Origin: an uncultured Clostridia bacterium
GTDB lineage: Bacteria > Bacillota > Clostridia > Oscillospirales > Ruminococcaceae
NCBI GenBank assembly: GCA_947627985.1
Contig: CANQYD010000003.1
Location: 24,108 to 88,107 of the forward strand
Length of the DNA stretch: 64,000 nucleotides
Reading direction: 5' to 3'
The notes beneath the pieces are model-generated. The model was not told the origin of the DNA. It saw nothing but the letters and a program-made list of their open reading frames with translations, and made no database searches. This document shows, in pieces, positions 51,855 to 63,641 of this stretch (position 1 is the stretch's first letter; each line of letters begins with the position of its first letter). The position numbers and the translations under genes were made by a program.

Positions 51855-52112
51855 GGCGATGACGAAGAAGGCAAAAGTCGGGTCGATTCAAAGAGAGCCG
51901 GTGGTTGGTGAAAACCGGCAGAAGCCCGCTGTGAGCCCCTCGCTTCCGAGCCGGCTGTCTGAACATTTAAAGTAGGATTGCCCGTGACTGCTGCGTTAAT
52001 GCATAGGAATTGTTGGATTCCAAGAGCGGCGGATTTTTCCGCAATTTGAGTGGTACCGCGAGTGTATGATATCTGCACCCGTCTCAAAGAAATCTTTGGG
52101 GCGGATTTTTTA
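51855..52112 (+). promoter_or_regulatory. T-box riboswitch leader, specifier read as CUC (Leu)
   Basis: GGCGAUGACGAAG (51855-51867) pairs with CUUCCGAGCC (51943-51952). AGAGAG plus distal loop GGTTGGTGAAAACC. CTC-G at 51939-51942. T-box AATTTGAGTGGTACCGCG at 52043-52060. Terminator plus T-run at 52078-52112. Confidence 0.85.
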
Positions 52113-52185
52113 TACCCGCTGCCGGGGATTTCCGAAGGGATGACAATTTTCCTAAAAAATCACTTTTTAAAGGAGAAGAAAGAAA

Positions 52186-53850
52186 ATGATGAACCACAGA
52201 AAGTATTCCCCCGGCTATTATCTCCCGCCCGAGATGACCTACGATTGGGTCAAGAAGGATCACATCGAGAAGGCGCCCCTTTGGTGCTCCGTAGACCTTC
52301 GGGACGGCAACCAGTCCCTCGTTATCCCGATGAGTTTTGATCAGAAACTCAAGTTTTACAAGATGCTCGTAAAGCTCGGCTTCAAGGAGATCGAGGTCGG
52401 CTTCCCGGCGGCTTCCGATACCGAATATGACTTCCTGCGCGCTCTTATCGAGCAGAACATGATCCCGGACGACGTCACCGTTCAGGTGCTGACCCAGTGC
52501 CGCGAACACATAATCAGAAAGACCTTTGAAGCCGTAAAAGGCGCGCCGTCCGCAATCGTTCACTTCTACAACTCCGTCAGCGTAGCCCAGCGCGAGCAGG
52601 TCTTTAAAAAGTCGAAAGAGGAGATCAAGAAGATCGCCACCGACGGCGCCAAGCTCGTCAAAGAGCTTGCAGCCGAGTACGACGGCAACTTCCGCTTCGA
52701 GTATTCCCCCGAGAGCTTCACGGGCGCCGAGCCGGAGTATTCTTTGGAGGTATGCAACGCTGTTTTGGATATCTTGGAGCCGGGTCCCGACAACAACGTG
52801 ATCATCAACCTCCCCGTCACGGTGGAGATGAGCATGCCCCACATCTACGCCTCCCAGATCGAATACATGAGCAAAAATCTTAAATATCGCGAATATGTGA
52901 CCCTCTCCCTCCACCCGCACAACGACCGCGGAACCGGCGTAGCCGACACCGAGCTCGCGCTTCTGGCGGGAGCCGACAGGGTCGAGGGGACCCTCTTCGG
53001 GAACGGCGAGAGGACCGGAAACGTCGACATAATCACCCTCGCGATGAATATGTATTCCCACGGGGTAGACCCGAAGCTCGACTTCTCGGATATGCCCGCC
53101 ATCGCCGACGTGTATGAAAAATGCACCGGAATGAGGGTATACGAGCGCACGCCCTACGCCGGAGCGCTGGTCTTTGCCGCGTTCTCGGGAAGCCATCAGG
53201 ACGCTATCGCAAAGGGCATGAAGTGGCGGGAGGAAAAGCATCTTGAAGAGTGGACCACCCCCTATATCCCGATCGACCCGACCGACATCAACCGCACCTA
53301 CGACGCGGACGTCATCAGGGTGAATTCCCAGAGCGGCAAGGGAGGAATAGGTTATCTTTTAGAGCACACCTACGGCTACAACCTCCCCGCAAAAATGCGC
53401 GAACACTTTAGCTACATCTGCAAGGGAATTTCCGATCATGAGCACCGCGAGCTCAAGCCGGACGAGATTTTGGAGATATTCCGCTCTCACTATTTCAGGA
53501 TAGTCGAGCCGGTCTGCATCGAGAAGATGAACTTCGCCGAGCACCCCGACGGGGTCGATCTTGACATCGTCTTTAAGTACAACGGCAAGGACGTATCGAT
53601 GAAGGCGAGGGGAAACGGCTCCATCGACGCCGTCTCGAACGCTCTTAAAGACCTCACCGGCGACAGCTACACCCTTGAAGTCTACACCGAGCACAGCCTC
53701 ATGAACAAGGCTTCACAGTCGGAAGCGATAGCATATATCGGCATTCGCACTCCCTCGGGAGAACTCTTCTGGGGCGCGGGATATCACACCGACATCATCA
53801 GGGCTTCGGCATACGCTCTTGTCAGCGCATACAACAATTCCAAAAAGTAA
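52186..53850 (+). CDS. leuA: 2-isopropylmalate synthase (long form)
   Basis: 554 aa; [23 protein letters not shown]-terminal regulatory domain. Confidence 0.9.
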   Translation: MMNHRKYSPGYYLPPEMTYDWVKKDHIEKAPLWCSVDLRDGNQSLVIPMSFDQKLKFYKMLVKLGFKEIEVGFPAASDTEYDFLRALIEQNMIPDDVTVQVLTQCREHIIRKTFEAVKGAPSAIVHFYNSVSVAQREQVFKKSKEEIKKIATDGAKLVKELAAEYDGNFRFEYSPESFTGAEPEYSLEVCNAVLDILEPGPDNNVIINLPVTVEMSMPHIYASQIEYMSKNLKYREYVTLSLHPHNDRGTGVADTELALLAGADRVEGTLFGNGERTGNVDIITLAMNMYSHGVDPKLDFSDMPAIADVYEKCTGMRVYERTPYAGALVFAAFSGSHQDAIAKGMKWREEKHLEEWTTPYIPIDPTDINRTYDADVIRVNSQSGKGGIGYLLEHTYGYNLPAKMREHFSYICKGISDHEHRELKPDEILEIFRSHYFRIVEPVCIEKMNFAEHPDGVDLDIVFKYNGKDVSMKARGNGSIDAVSNALKDLTGDSYTLEVYTEHSLMNKASQSEAIAYIGIRTPSGELFWGAGYHTDIIRASAYALVSAYNNSKK

Positions 53851-53863
53851 AGGAGAAATCGGC

Positions 53864-55123
53864 ATGGGAATGACAATGACCCAAAAAATACTTGCCTCTC
53901 ACGCGGGACTTCCCGAAGTCAAAGCGGGACAGCTGATCTCGGCTAAGCTCGATCTGGTCTTAGGCAACGACATCACCACCCCCGTTGCGGTGAACGAGTT
54001 TAAAAAAGCCGGATTTGACGGCGTTTTCGATAAGGACAGGATAGCGATAGTTTTAGACCATTTTGTCCCTAATAAAGATATCAAGGCTGCCGAGCAGTCG
54101 AAGCAGTGCCGCGAATTTGCCTGCGAGCACTGCGTCAGCCACTTCTATGACGTCGGAAAGATGGGTATCGAACATGCGCTATTGCCCGAGCAGGGAGTCG
54201 TGACCGCGGGCGACTGCATAATCGGCGCCGACAGTCATACATGCACATACGGCGCGGTGGGAGCATTTTCAACCGGCGTCGGCTCAACCGATATGGCAGC
54301 CGGAATGGCGACGGGCACCGCATGGTTCAAGGTCCCGCCGGCGATCAAATTCGAGCTCAGAAACAGCCTGCCGAAAAACTGCTCCGGCAAGGACGTTATC
54401 CTCACGATAATCGGCATGATAGGCGTCGACGGCGCGCTCTATAAGAGCATGGAATTTTCCGGCGACGGCGTGAAGTCCCTCTCCATGGACGACCGGCTCT
54501 GCATCTGCAACATGGCTATCGAAGCCGGCGCGAAAAACGGCATTTTCCCGGTGGACGGCATAACGAGAAAATATCTTGACGGCAGGACGGAAAGAGCTCC
54601 CAGGGAGTTCTCCGCCGACTCCGACGCGGAATATGAAAAGGTAATCGAAATCGACCTTTCAAAAATCGTCCCGACGGTGAGCTGCCCGCACCTTCCCGAG
54701 AACACCAAGCCCGCCTCCGAGCTCTCGGATATCAAGATCGATCAGGTCGTCATCGGAAGCTGCACCAACGGCAGAATGGAGGACATGGAAGCCGCCTACA
54801 GCGTTCTTTGCGGCAAAAAAGTCGCCGACGGGGTCAGATGCATAATAATCCCCGCGACGATGGCGATATATAAAGAGTGCATCGAAAAGGGCTATATCAC
54901 GGCGTTTATCGACGCGGGAGCGGTAGTCTCAACTCCGACATGCGGACCCTGCCTCGGCGGTTACATGGGAATTTTAGCCGAGGGCGAGAGATGCGTGGCG
55001 ACGACTAACCGAAACTTCGTCGGAAGAATGGGGCATGTAAAATCCGAGGTCTATCTTGCGAGCCCCCTCACCGCCGCAAGCTCCGCGCTGACAGGCTATA
55101 TCACCGCACCGAAGGAGGATTAA
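53864..55123 (+). CDS. leuC: 3-isopropylmalate dehydratase large subunit
   Basis: ORF 53819 trimmed to ATG 53864 (AAAGGAG upstream); [30 protein letters not shown]. Confidence 0.9.
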   Translation: MGMTMTQKILASHAGLPEVKAGQLISAKLDLVLGNDITTPVAVNEFKKAGFDGVFDKDRIAIVLDHFVPNKDIKAAEQSKQCREFACEHCVSHFYDVGKMGIEHALLPEQGVVTAGDCIIGADSHTCTYGAVGAFSTGVGSTDMAAGMATGTAWFKVPPAIKFELRNSLPKNCSGKDVILTIIGMIGVDGALYKSMEFSGDGVKSLSMDDRLCICNMAIEAGAKNGIFPVDGITRKYLDGRTERAPREFSADSDAEYEKVIEIDLSKIVPTVSCPHLPENTKPASELSDIKIDQVVIGSCTNGRMEDMEAAYSVLCGKKVADGVRCIIIPATMAIYKECIEKGYITAFIDAGAVVSTPTCGPCLGGYMGILAEGERCVATTNRNFVGRMGHVKSEVYLASPLTAASSALTGYITAPKED

Positions 55124-55124
55124 G

Positions 55125-55607
55125 ATGAACACAAAAGGCAAAGTATTTAAATATCCCGACAACGTCGACACCGACGTGATAATCCCCGCGCGCTATCTGA
55201 ACACCTCCGACGCGCAGGAGCTTTCCAAGCACTGCATGGAGGACATCGACGCGGAGTTCGTTAAGAATGTAAACAAAGGCGACGTAATGGTCGCGGGCTG
55301 GAACTTCGGCTGCGGCTCGTCGAGAGAGCACGCACCCCTCGTCATCAAGACCTGCGGGACGGGCTGCGTCATCGCGAAGAGCTTCGCGAGGATTTTCTAC
55401 AGAAACGCCATCAACATCGGTCTCCCGATACTTGAGTGCGAGCAGGCTGCCGATGAAATAAACGCCGGCGATGAGGTCTCGGTCGACTTCGACACCGGTA
55501 TCATCACCGACAAGACCACCGGCAAAAGCTATCAGGCACAGCCCTTCCCGGAGTTTATACAGAACATCATCAAAGCCGGCGGACTGTTAAAATCCTTAAA
55601 GAAGTGA
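55125..55607 (+). CDS. leuD: 3-isopropylmalate dehydratase small subunit
   Basis: 160 aa; [26 protein letters not shown]. Confidence 0.9.
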   Translation: MNTKGKVFKYPDNVDTDVIIPARYLNTSDAQELSKHCMEDIDAEFVKNVNKGDVMVAGWNFGCGSSREHAPLVIKTCGTGCVIAKSFARIFYRNAINIGLPILECEQAADEINAGDEVSVDFDTGIITDKTTGKSYQAQPFPEFIQNIIKAGGLLKSLKK

Positions 55608-55616
55608 GGGAAAAAG

Positions 55617-56684
55617 ATGAAGAAGAATATTGCGGTTATAAGAGGCGACGGCATCGGTCCCGAGATCGTGAACGAGGCGCTGAAAGTGCTCGATAAGGTC
55701 GCGAAAAAATACGGTCACGAGTTTAATTATGTAGACGCCGACATGGGCGGCTGCGCCATCGATAAATACGGCGACCCCCTGCCTCAGCATGAACTTGACA
55801 AGTGCCTTGCGGCTGACAGCGTGCTCCTCGGCGCGGTGGGCGGACCGAAGTGGGACGGCGTTCCGGGGAACATGAGACCCGAAAAGGGACTTTTGAGAAT
55901 CCGAGCGGGAATGGGCGTATATTCAAACAACCGCCCCGCGAAAATCTGGAAACAGCTTGCCGACGCCTCTCCGCTCAAGCCGGAGATTGTCGAAAAAGGA
56001 ATCGATTTCATAATCGTCCGCGAGCTCATCGGGGGAATTTACTTCGGCGAGCACAAGACCTATGAAGAGGGCGAGAAAATTTCGGAGGACGTGATGAAAT
56101 ATTCCGAATCCGAAATTGAGAGGATCGGCAGGATCGGCTTTGAGACCGCAAGAAAGAGAAGAAAGAAGCTCTGCTCGGTCGAAAAGTCAAACGTCCTTGA
56201 CACTTCAAGGCTCTGGAAATCGGTCATGCACAGGCTTGCAGCCGAGTATCCCGACGTCGAACTCTCCGACATGCTTGTCGACAACTGCGCGATGCAGATC
56301 GTCAAGAACCCCGCTCAGTTCGACGTAATCGTCACCGAGAACATGTTCGGCGATATTCTGTCGGACGAAGCCTCGATGATAACCGGCTCGATCGGCATGA
56401 TCCCGTCGTCGTCGTTAGGAGCGACTTCCAACGGTCTCTATGAGCCTATTCACGGCTCGGCTCCCGACATCGCGGGTCAGAACAAGGCGAACCCTATCGG
56501 AACTATCCTCTCGGCGGCGATGATGCTTCGCTTCAGCTTCGATATGCCGAAAGAGGCGGACGACATCGAAAACGCCGTTTCAAAGGTGCTCGACATGGGT
56601 TACCGCACGGGCGACATCATGAGCGAGGGCATGAAGCTCACCGGGTGCTCCGAAATGGGCACGCTGATTGCCGACGCTATCTGA
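55617..56684 (+). CDS. leuB: 3-isopropylmalate dehydrogenase
   Basis: 355 aa; IAVIRGDGIGPEI, VRELIGGIYFG, NMFGDILSDEASM, EPIHGSAPDIAG. Confidence 0.9.
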   Translation: MKKNIAVIRGDGIGPEIVNEALKVLDKVAKKYGHEFNYVDADMGGCAIDKYGDPLPQHELDKCLAADSVLLGAVGGPKWDGVPGNMRPEKGLLRIRAGMGVYSNNRPAKIWKQLADASPLKPEIVEKGIDFIIVRELIGGIYFGEHKTYEEGEKISEDVMKYSESEIERIGRIGFETARKRRKKLCSVEKSNVLDTSRLWKSVMHRLAAEYPDVELSDMLVDNCAMQIVKNPAQFDVIVTENMFGDILSDEASMITGSIGMIPSSSLGATSNGLYEPIHGSAPDIAGQNKANPIGTILSAAMMLRFSFDMPKEADDIENAVSKVLDMGYRTGDIMSEGMKLTGCSEMGTLIADAI

Positions 56685-56707
56685 AATAAAGAAGAAGGAC
56701 TGATAAA

Positions 56708-58376
56708 ATGAAGCTTTGCGGAGCTGATATAATCGTAAGAACTCTCATAGAGCAGGGCGCGACCACCGTTTTCGGATATCCGGGCGGTCAAATTATCAAT
56801 GTTTATGACTCTCTGTATAAATATCGCGACGAGATCACCCACATTCTCACGGCTCACGAACAGGGCGCGACGCATGCCGCGGACGGGTTCGCAAGAGCAA
56901 CCGGCAAGCCGGGAGTAGTCATCGCGACGTCGGGACCGGGCGCCACAAATCTCGTGACGGGAATCGCGACGGCATATCTCGATTCGGTGCCGATGATCGC
57001 GATAACCGGAAACGTCCCGACTTCACAGCTCGGAACAGACTCTTTTCAAGAGATAGACATCACGGGTATCACCCTGCCGATCACAAAGCATAACTACGTC
57101 GTCGGCTCGGTCGAAGAGCTTGCCGACACCATCAGAGAGGCGTTTAGGCTTGCGATATCCGGCAGACCCGGACCTGTCCTCATCGACGTGCCGAAGGATA
57201 TCCAGATCGCGCAGTGCGAATTCACCGAGCAGGAGCCGGTCACGATGGAACCCCGTCAGGCAGCCAAGGAGATCAGGATAAAAGACGCGGCGGAATGCGT
57301 GAACCTCTCGCAGAAACCGTTTATATATTTCGGAGGAGGAATGCTGACCTCCGGCGCTCAGGAGGAGCTTTTGCAGCTTGCGGAACTCTTGGACGCGCCG
57401 ATAGGGTGCTCGCTGATGGGTATCTCGGCGATACCTACCGATCACCCGCGTTTTCTCGGAATGCAGGGCATGCACGGTCACTATGCATGCTCGATGGCGA
57501 TGCACCGGGCGGACTGCATAATCGCGCTCGGCGTACGTTTTAACGACCGAGTGACGGGCAACCGAGCCAAATTTGCCACCCATGCGCAGATAATCCATAT
57601 CGACGTCGACGGCGCCGAGCTCGACAAGACCGTCTCGGCAGCGCATTCGATGAGAGGGGATTTAAAACTCACGCTTCAGAAGCTTATCCCGCTTCTGTCG
57701 CAGAAAAAACTCCCCGACTGGAGAAAGACCATCGAGGGCTTGAAGGCTGAAGAGCGCCGCACCCTTGACAACCGCCCGGGTCTCACTCCGAGATCGGCGA
57801 TACTGACGCTCAATAAGTACCTCGGCGAGAATACCCCCGTCGCCACCGACGTCGGTCAGCACCAGATGTGGGCTGCACAGAATCTCAATTTTAAGACTTC
57901 AAGAAGATTTATATCCTCCGGCGGGCTCGGTACGATGGGCTTCGGCATGGGCGCCGCGATGGGCGCCGCGATAGGTACCGGCGAGAGATCGGTGCTTGTG
58001 ACGGGAGACGGCGGGTTCGGAATGTGCTTAAATGAACTTGCGACGGCGGTGACATATCATATCCCGATGGTCATACTCCTCATGAACAACGGCGTTTTGG
58101 GAATGGTCCGCCAGTGGCAGACGCTCTTCTTTGACAAGCACTATTCAAATACCGTGCTCGACCGCAAGACGGATTTTGTCAGACTTGCCGAGGCTTTCGG
58201 CGCCGTCGGGTATCATGCAGAAACGCCCGAGCAGCTCGATGAAGCCCTTAAAAAGGCATTTTCCGAGAACGGTCCCGCTTTGGTCGAGTGCATGATAGAT
58301 AAGGACGAGTTTGTCCTTCCCATGCTTCCTCCGGGAGGATCGATGGACGATATCATAACAAAGGTTGGTGAGAGCG

Positions 58377-58384
<8 letters not shown>
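56708..58384 (+). CDS. ilvB: Acetolactate synthase large subunit
   Basis: 558 aa; GYPGG, HEQGATHAADGFAR, GGLGTMGFG, TGDGGF..NNGVLGMVRQWQ TPP motif. Confidence 0.9.
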
Positions 58385-59964
<1,580 letters not shown>

Positions 59965-59992
59965 TACGAACCGAGGCGGGGAGGGGACTGCC

Positions 59993-60067
59993 GGGCTAAG
60001 CCCCGCCGCGTTACACGCGGCGAGGCGCCCTTCGGGCGCCTGTTCGCTTTGCGAACGGGCTTCGCCC
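59993..60067 (+). repeat. Clamped triple-hairpin module in the ilvC-ilvD spacer
   Basis: GGGCTAAGCCC (59993-60003, one change) / GGGCTTCGCCC (60057-60067); GCCGCG-TTACA-CGCGGC, AGGCGCCC-TTC-GGGCGCCT, GTTCGC-TTT-GCGAAC. Confidence 0.8.
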
Positions 60068-60152
60068 GGGTACCCGACTTCCGCAGCGTAAAAAATATCT
60101 CGCACTACCGCCGGGCATATCCCGGCTGTATGCAGTTTAAGCAGGTGATTTT

Positions 60153-61808
60153 ATGAAAAGCGACAACATTAAATTCGGTCCGCAGAATGCCCCTCACCGC
60201 GCGCTTTACCACGCGCTGGGCTTCACCGAGGAGGAGATAAATCGCCCGATGGTCGGCATCGTCAGCTCCTACAACGAGATCGTCCCGGGGCACATGAACA
60301 TCGACAAGATTGTGGACGCCGTGAAATTGGGCGTCGCGATGGCTGGCGGTACACCGGTGGTGTTCCCGGCGATTGCCGTCTGCGACGGGATAGCTATGGG
60401 TCACACCGGCATGAAATACTCCCTCGTCACCCGCGATCTCATAGCCGACTCCACCGAGGCGATGGCTCTCGCGCACGGCTTTGACGCGCTCGTGATGGTC
60501 CCGAACTGCGACAAAAATGTCCCGGGTCTTCTGATGGCTGCCGCAAGGCTCAATATCCCGACGGTATTCGTATCGGGAGGTCCCATGCTCGCGGGTCATG
60601 TCGACGGGCACAAGACCAGTTTCTCATCGATATCCGAAGCCGTCGGCGAATTCAACGCGGGCAAAATCGACCTTGAAAAGCTGCATGAATATGAGTGCAA
60701 GACCTGTCCGACATGCGGCTCCTGCTCGGGAATGTACACCGCCAACTCGATGAACTGCCTCACCGAAGCCCTCGGCATGGGCTTAAGGGGAAACGGCACT
60801 ATCCCGGCGGTCTATTCTCAGAGGATAGAGCTTGCAAAACATGCGGGTATGCAGGTCATGGAGCTTCTTAAGAAGAATATCCGCCCTCGGGATATCATGA
60901 CCGAAGCGGCTTTCATGAACGCTCTCACGGTCGATATGGCTCTCGGCTGCTCGACCAACTCGATGTTGCATCTCCCCGCGATCGCGCATGAATGCGGGAT
61001 AGAGATCAATCTCGATATCGCAAACTCCATCAGCGCCAAGACCCCGAACCTCTGCCACCTCGCCCCCGCCGGAAGGACCTATGTCGAAGAGCTCGATGAA
61101 GCGGGAGGAGTCTGGGCTGTCATGAATGAACTTTCAAAGAAGAATCTTCTGAACCTCGACTGCATGACCGTCACCGGCTCGACCGTCGGCGAGAACATCA
61201 AAACCGCCGTCAACATGAATCACGACGTCATCAGACCCGTCGAGAACCCCTACAGCGAGACGGGCGGAATTGCGGTCCTAAGAGGAAATCTCGCGCCCGA
61301 CGGCTGCGTCGTGAAGAGGTCTGCCGTATCCCCGAAGATGCTAAAATATGAGGGAAAAGCCCGCGTATTTGAGTGCGAGGAGGACGCTCAGGCTGCTATC
61401 AACGCCTCCGAAATCAAGCCGGGAGACGTCGTCGTCATCCGATACGAGGGACCGAAAGGCGGTCCGGGTATGCGCGAGATGCTGAATCCGACCTCGGCTA
61501 TCATGGGCATGGGTCTTGGCGAGAGCGTCGCGCTCATCACCGACGGCAGATTTTCGGGAGCTACAAGAGGCGCCTGCGTGGGACACATATCCCCCGAAGC
61601 GGCTTCCGGCGGACCCATCGGCATCGTCAAAGAGGGGGACATCATCGCGATCGATATCCCCGAAAACAAGATCGAGCTTAAAATCCCCGAGGAGGAATTT
61701 AACGCCCGCATGGCTGCGTTCGTACCGAAAAAGAAGGAGCTTTCGGGCTATCTGAAGAGGTACGCGGAGCTTGTATCATCGGGCGCAAAGGGTGCTATAC
61801 TGAACTAA
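60153..61808 (+). CDS. ilvD: Dihydroxy-acid dehydratase
   Basis: 551 aa; [37 protein letters not shown]. Confidence 0.9.
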   Translation: MKSDNIKFGPQNAPHRALYHALGFTEEEINRPMVGIVSSYNEIVPGHMNIDKIVDAVKLGVAMAGGTPVVFPAIAVCDGIAMGHTGMKYSLVTRDLIADSTEAMALAHGFDALVMVPNCDKNVPGLLMAAARLNIPTVFVSGGPMLAGHVDGHKTSFSSISEAVGEFNAGKIDLEKLHEYECKTCPTCGSCSGMYTANSMNCLTEALGMGLRGNGTIPAVYSQRIELAKHAGMQVMELLKKNIRPRDIMTEAAFMNALTVDMALGCSTNSMLHLPAIAHECGIEINLDIANSISAKTPNLCHLAPAGRTYVEELDEAGGVWAVMNELSKKNLLNLDCMTVTGSTVGENIKTAVNMNHDVIRPVENPYSETGGIAVLRGNLAPDGCVVKRSAVSPKMLKYEGKARVFECEEDAQAAINASEIKPGDVVVIRYEGPKGGPGMREMLNPTSAIMGMGLGESVALITDGRFSGATRGACVGHISPEAASGGPIGIVKEGDIIAIDIPENKIELKIPEEEFNARMAAFVPKKKELSGYLKRYAELVSSGAKGAILN

Positions 61809-61857
61809 ACGGCAGCGGGGAGGCTCTTACGGGATTGGGTGCTGATAAAGGGTCAGG

Positions 61858-61940
61858 GGGCGAAGCCCCCGTCGCGCGAAGCGCGACGGCGCCGCCTTCG
61901 GCGGCGGCGAGCCGACTTCGTCGGCTCGCGGGCTTCGCCC
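61858..61940 (+). repeat. Clamped triple-hairpin module 3' of ilvD
   Basis: GGGCGAAGCCC 61858-61868 / GGGCTTCGCCC 61930-61940; GTCGCGC-GAA-GCGCGAC, GCCGCC-TTC-GGCGGC, GAGCCGAC-TTC-GTCGGCTC; C-run tail follows. Confidence 0.85.
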
Positions 61941-62013
61941 GAACCCTCCTCCCGCTCCCGCCCCCGTAACCTTTCCTCCCGCTGCCTCCCTTTATAGGAA
62001 AGGAGAGCATTTT

Positions 62014-63195
62014 ATGACAGGCGATCTTGAGGCGCTGCGCGTCGGCATTCGCTCGCTTACGGTATTCCGCGGCATTTCCGCCGACCCGCTTCTTACGGCT
62101 CTTGCCGATTTTTTGGATTCGGGGGACGATCCCGCAGAGCAGGTCGATAAATACTGCGCCTTCGCTCACACCCTTTATGAAAGCGGCTCCGACAGCCTAA
62201 CGGCTTATGTGAGAGAACTTGTGAGATGCTGCGAGACCCCGGTCTCGGAGCTTCTGGGCGTCGAGAAAAAGGTCCCGCCCGAGATGATGAAAAGCGCCGA
62301 AAACGAGCTGAAACTCTTAAGCCGAATCGCCGTTCTGACGCCCGATGATCTTCAAAAAAATATCGGCTTTAAGATCGATCTTCCCGGCTGGGAGACAGAA
62401 AAAGCCGACCTCTTGGGGGATTACTCGGAGCAGATGAAAAACATCTCAAAGCGCGGGTACGGAATCTATGCAAAATACAAGGCGTTCCGGCTCGTCGGCA
62501 AAAGCGTCATGCCGATCGAATACCCCGACCCCGTCCGCCTAAGCGAACTGATCGGCTACAGGCTTGAAAAGGAGCAGATAATCCTGAACACAAGGGCGCT
62601 CATAACGGGCAAGCCCGCGGCAAATATCCTCCTGACGGGCGACGCCGGGACCGGCAAATCATCGACCGTAAAAGCCGTCGTGAACGAGCTCTGGGAGGAG
62701 GGCTTGCGGATCCTCGAACTTAAAAAAGAGCAGCTCCACGACCTGCCGGAGGTGCTCTCGGAGCTGAACAGAAATCCTCTTAAATTTATTATATTTATTG
62801 ACGATCTGTCCTTCACCTCAAACGACGACAACTTCTCGGCGCTCAAGGCGATCTTGGAGGGAACGGTATCCGCAAGAGCCCGAAACGTCGTCATCTACGC
62901 GACTTCGAACCGCCGTCACCTAATTAAGGAGAGCTTTTCCGACCGCGACGGCGACGATATCCACCGCAACGACACAATGCAGGAGACAGTCTCGCTTTCC
63001 GAGAGATTCGGCTTGCATATTACGTTTTCGCGTCCCGATAAGGCGACCTATCTCGACATCGTCGAACACCTCTGCAAGGAAGCGGGGGTCAGGTTTGACC
63101 CGACCGACGCGGAACGCTTCGCACTTACCCGCGCCTCCCGCTCGGCAAGAGCCGCAAGACAGTATGTGGACAGCTTGGTGGCAGGGGAAGAGTAG
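62014..63195 (+). CDS. AAA-type ATPase of the DUF815 family
   Basis: 393 aa; LLTGDAGTGKSS Walker A, FIIFIDDLSF Walker B, ATSNRRHL. Confidence 0.75.
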   Translation: MTGDLEALRVGIRSLTVFRGISADPLLTALADFLDSGDDPAEQVDKYCAFAHTLYESGSDSLTAYVRELVRCCETPVSELLGVEKKVPPEMMKSAENELKLLSRIAVLTPDDLQKNIGFKIDLPGWETEKADLLGDYSEQMKNISKRGYGIYAKYKAFRLVGKSVMPIEYPDPVRLSELIGYRLEKEQIILNTRALITGKPAANILLTGDAGTGKSSTVKAVVNELWEEGLRILELKKEQLHDLPEVLSELNRNPLKFIIFIDDLSFTSNDDNFSALKAILEGTVSARARNVVIYATSNRRHLIKESFSDRDGDDIHRNDTMQETVSLSERFGLHITFSRPDKATYLDIVEHLCKEAGVRFDPTDAERFALTRASRSARAARQYVDSLVAGEE

Positions 63196-63260
63196 GAAAG
63201 GGCGGAAAGGTTTGGAAAGTTTTTCTTGACAAATCAGCCCACCCGTGCTATAATTATTGT

Positions 63261-63327
63261 CGGCATAAACGCATCGATTTTACAAAAAGCAACCGCCGGC
63301 TGCAAGCTTGGAGGTTGCTTTATTTTT
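63261..63327 (+). ncRNA. Candidate small RNA 1 (about 67 nt)
   Basis: Own promoter TTGACA 63226-63231 / 17 nt / TATAAT 63249-63254; terminator AAGCAACC..GGTTGCTT plus TATTTTT ending at 63327; no ORF. Confidence 0.5.
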
Positions 63328-63367
63328 GGTATTGACAAAATTGAGAAGATGTGCTATTATAATAGCA

Positions 63368-63450
63368 GAGAGCTGAACGGCTTAACCGTTCAGAATCAAT
63401 TACACGAAGCAACCGCCATGAACTTGCAAGCACTGGCGGTTACTTTTTTA
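63368..63450 (+). ncRNA. Candidate small RNA 2 (about 83 nt)
   Basis: Own promoter TTGACA 63332-63337 / 17 nt / TATTAT 63355-63360; 5' hairpin CTGAACGG-CTTA-ACCGTTCAG; terminator AACCGCCA..TGGCGGTT plus TTTTTT. Confidence 0.5.
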
Positions 63451-63593
63451 TTTCACGGATGATTTCTAAGAAAACGAGAAGAATAATCAAAATGATGTAT
63501 AGATTCTCATTCATCGCGCATACCCCCTTTCGGGGCTTCGCCGCCACAGCTCTCTGCTTTTTGTATTATATCATGCCCGCCATAAAATGTCAA

Positions 63594-63626
63594 TCCCGCC
63601 CGGTTTCACCCGAGCGGGACATTTTT
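63594..63626. terminator. Bidirectional terminator-like hairpin 3' of the minus-strand activase-like gene
   Basis: TCCCGCCCGG-TTTCA-CCCGAGCGGGA with flanking T/A runs. Confidence 0.5.
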
Positions 63627-63641
63627 ATGCCTATTAACCTT

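Noticed and set aside
52084-53241. Large antisense ORFs within well-supported genes. Examples are 52084-53241(-) in leuA, 16505-17137(+) in proC, 50016-50765(+) in the peptidase gene, 45455-46306(+) and 23273-23971(-).
   Set aside because: Each overlaps a CDS with clear family motifs on the other strand. They are typical shadow ORFs of GC-rich coding sequence.
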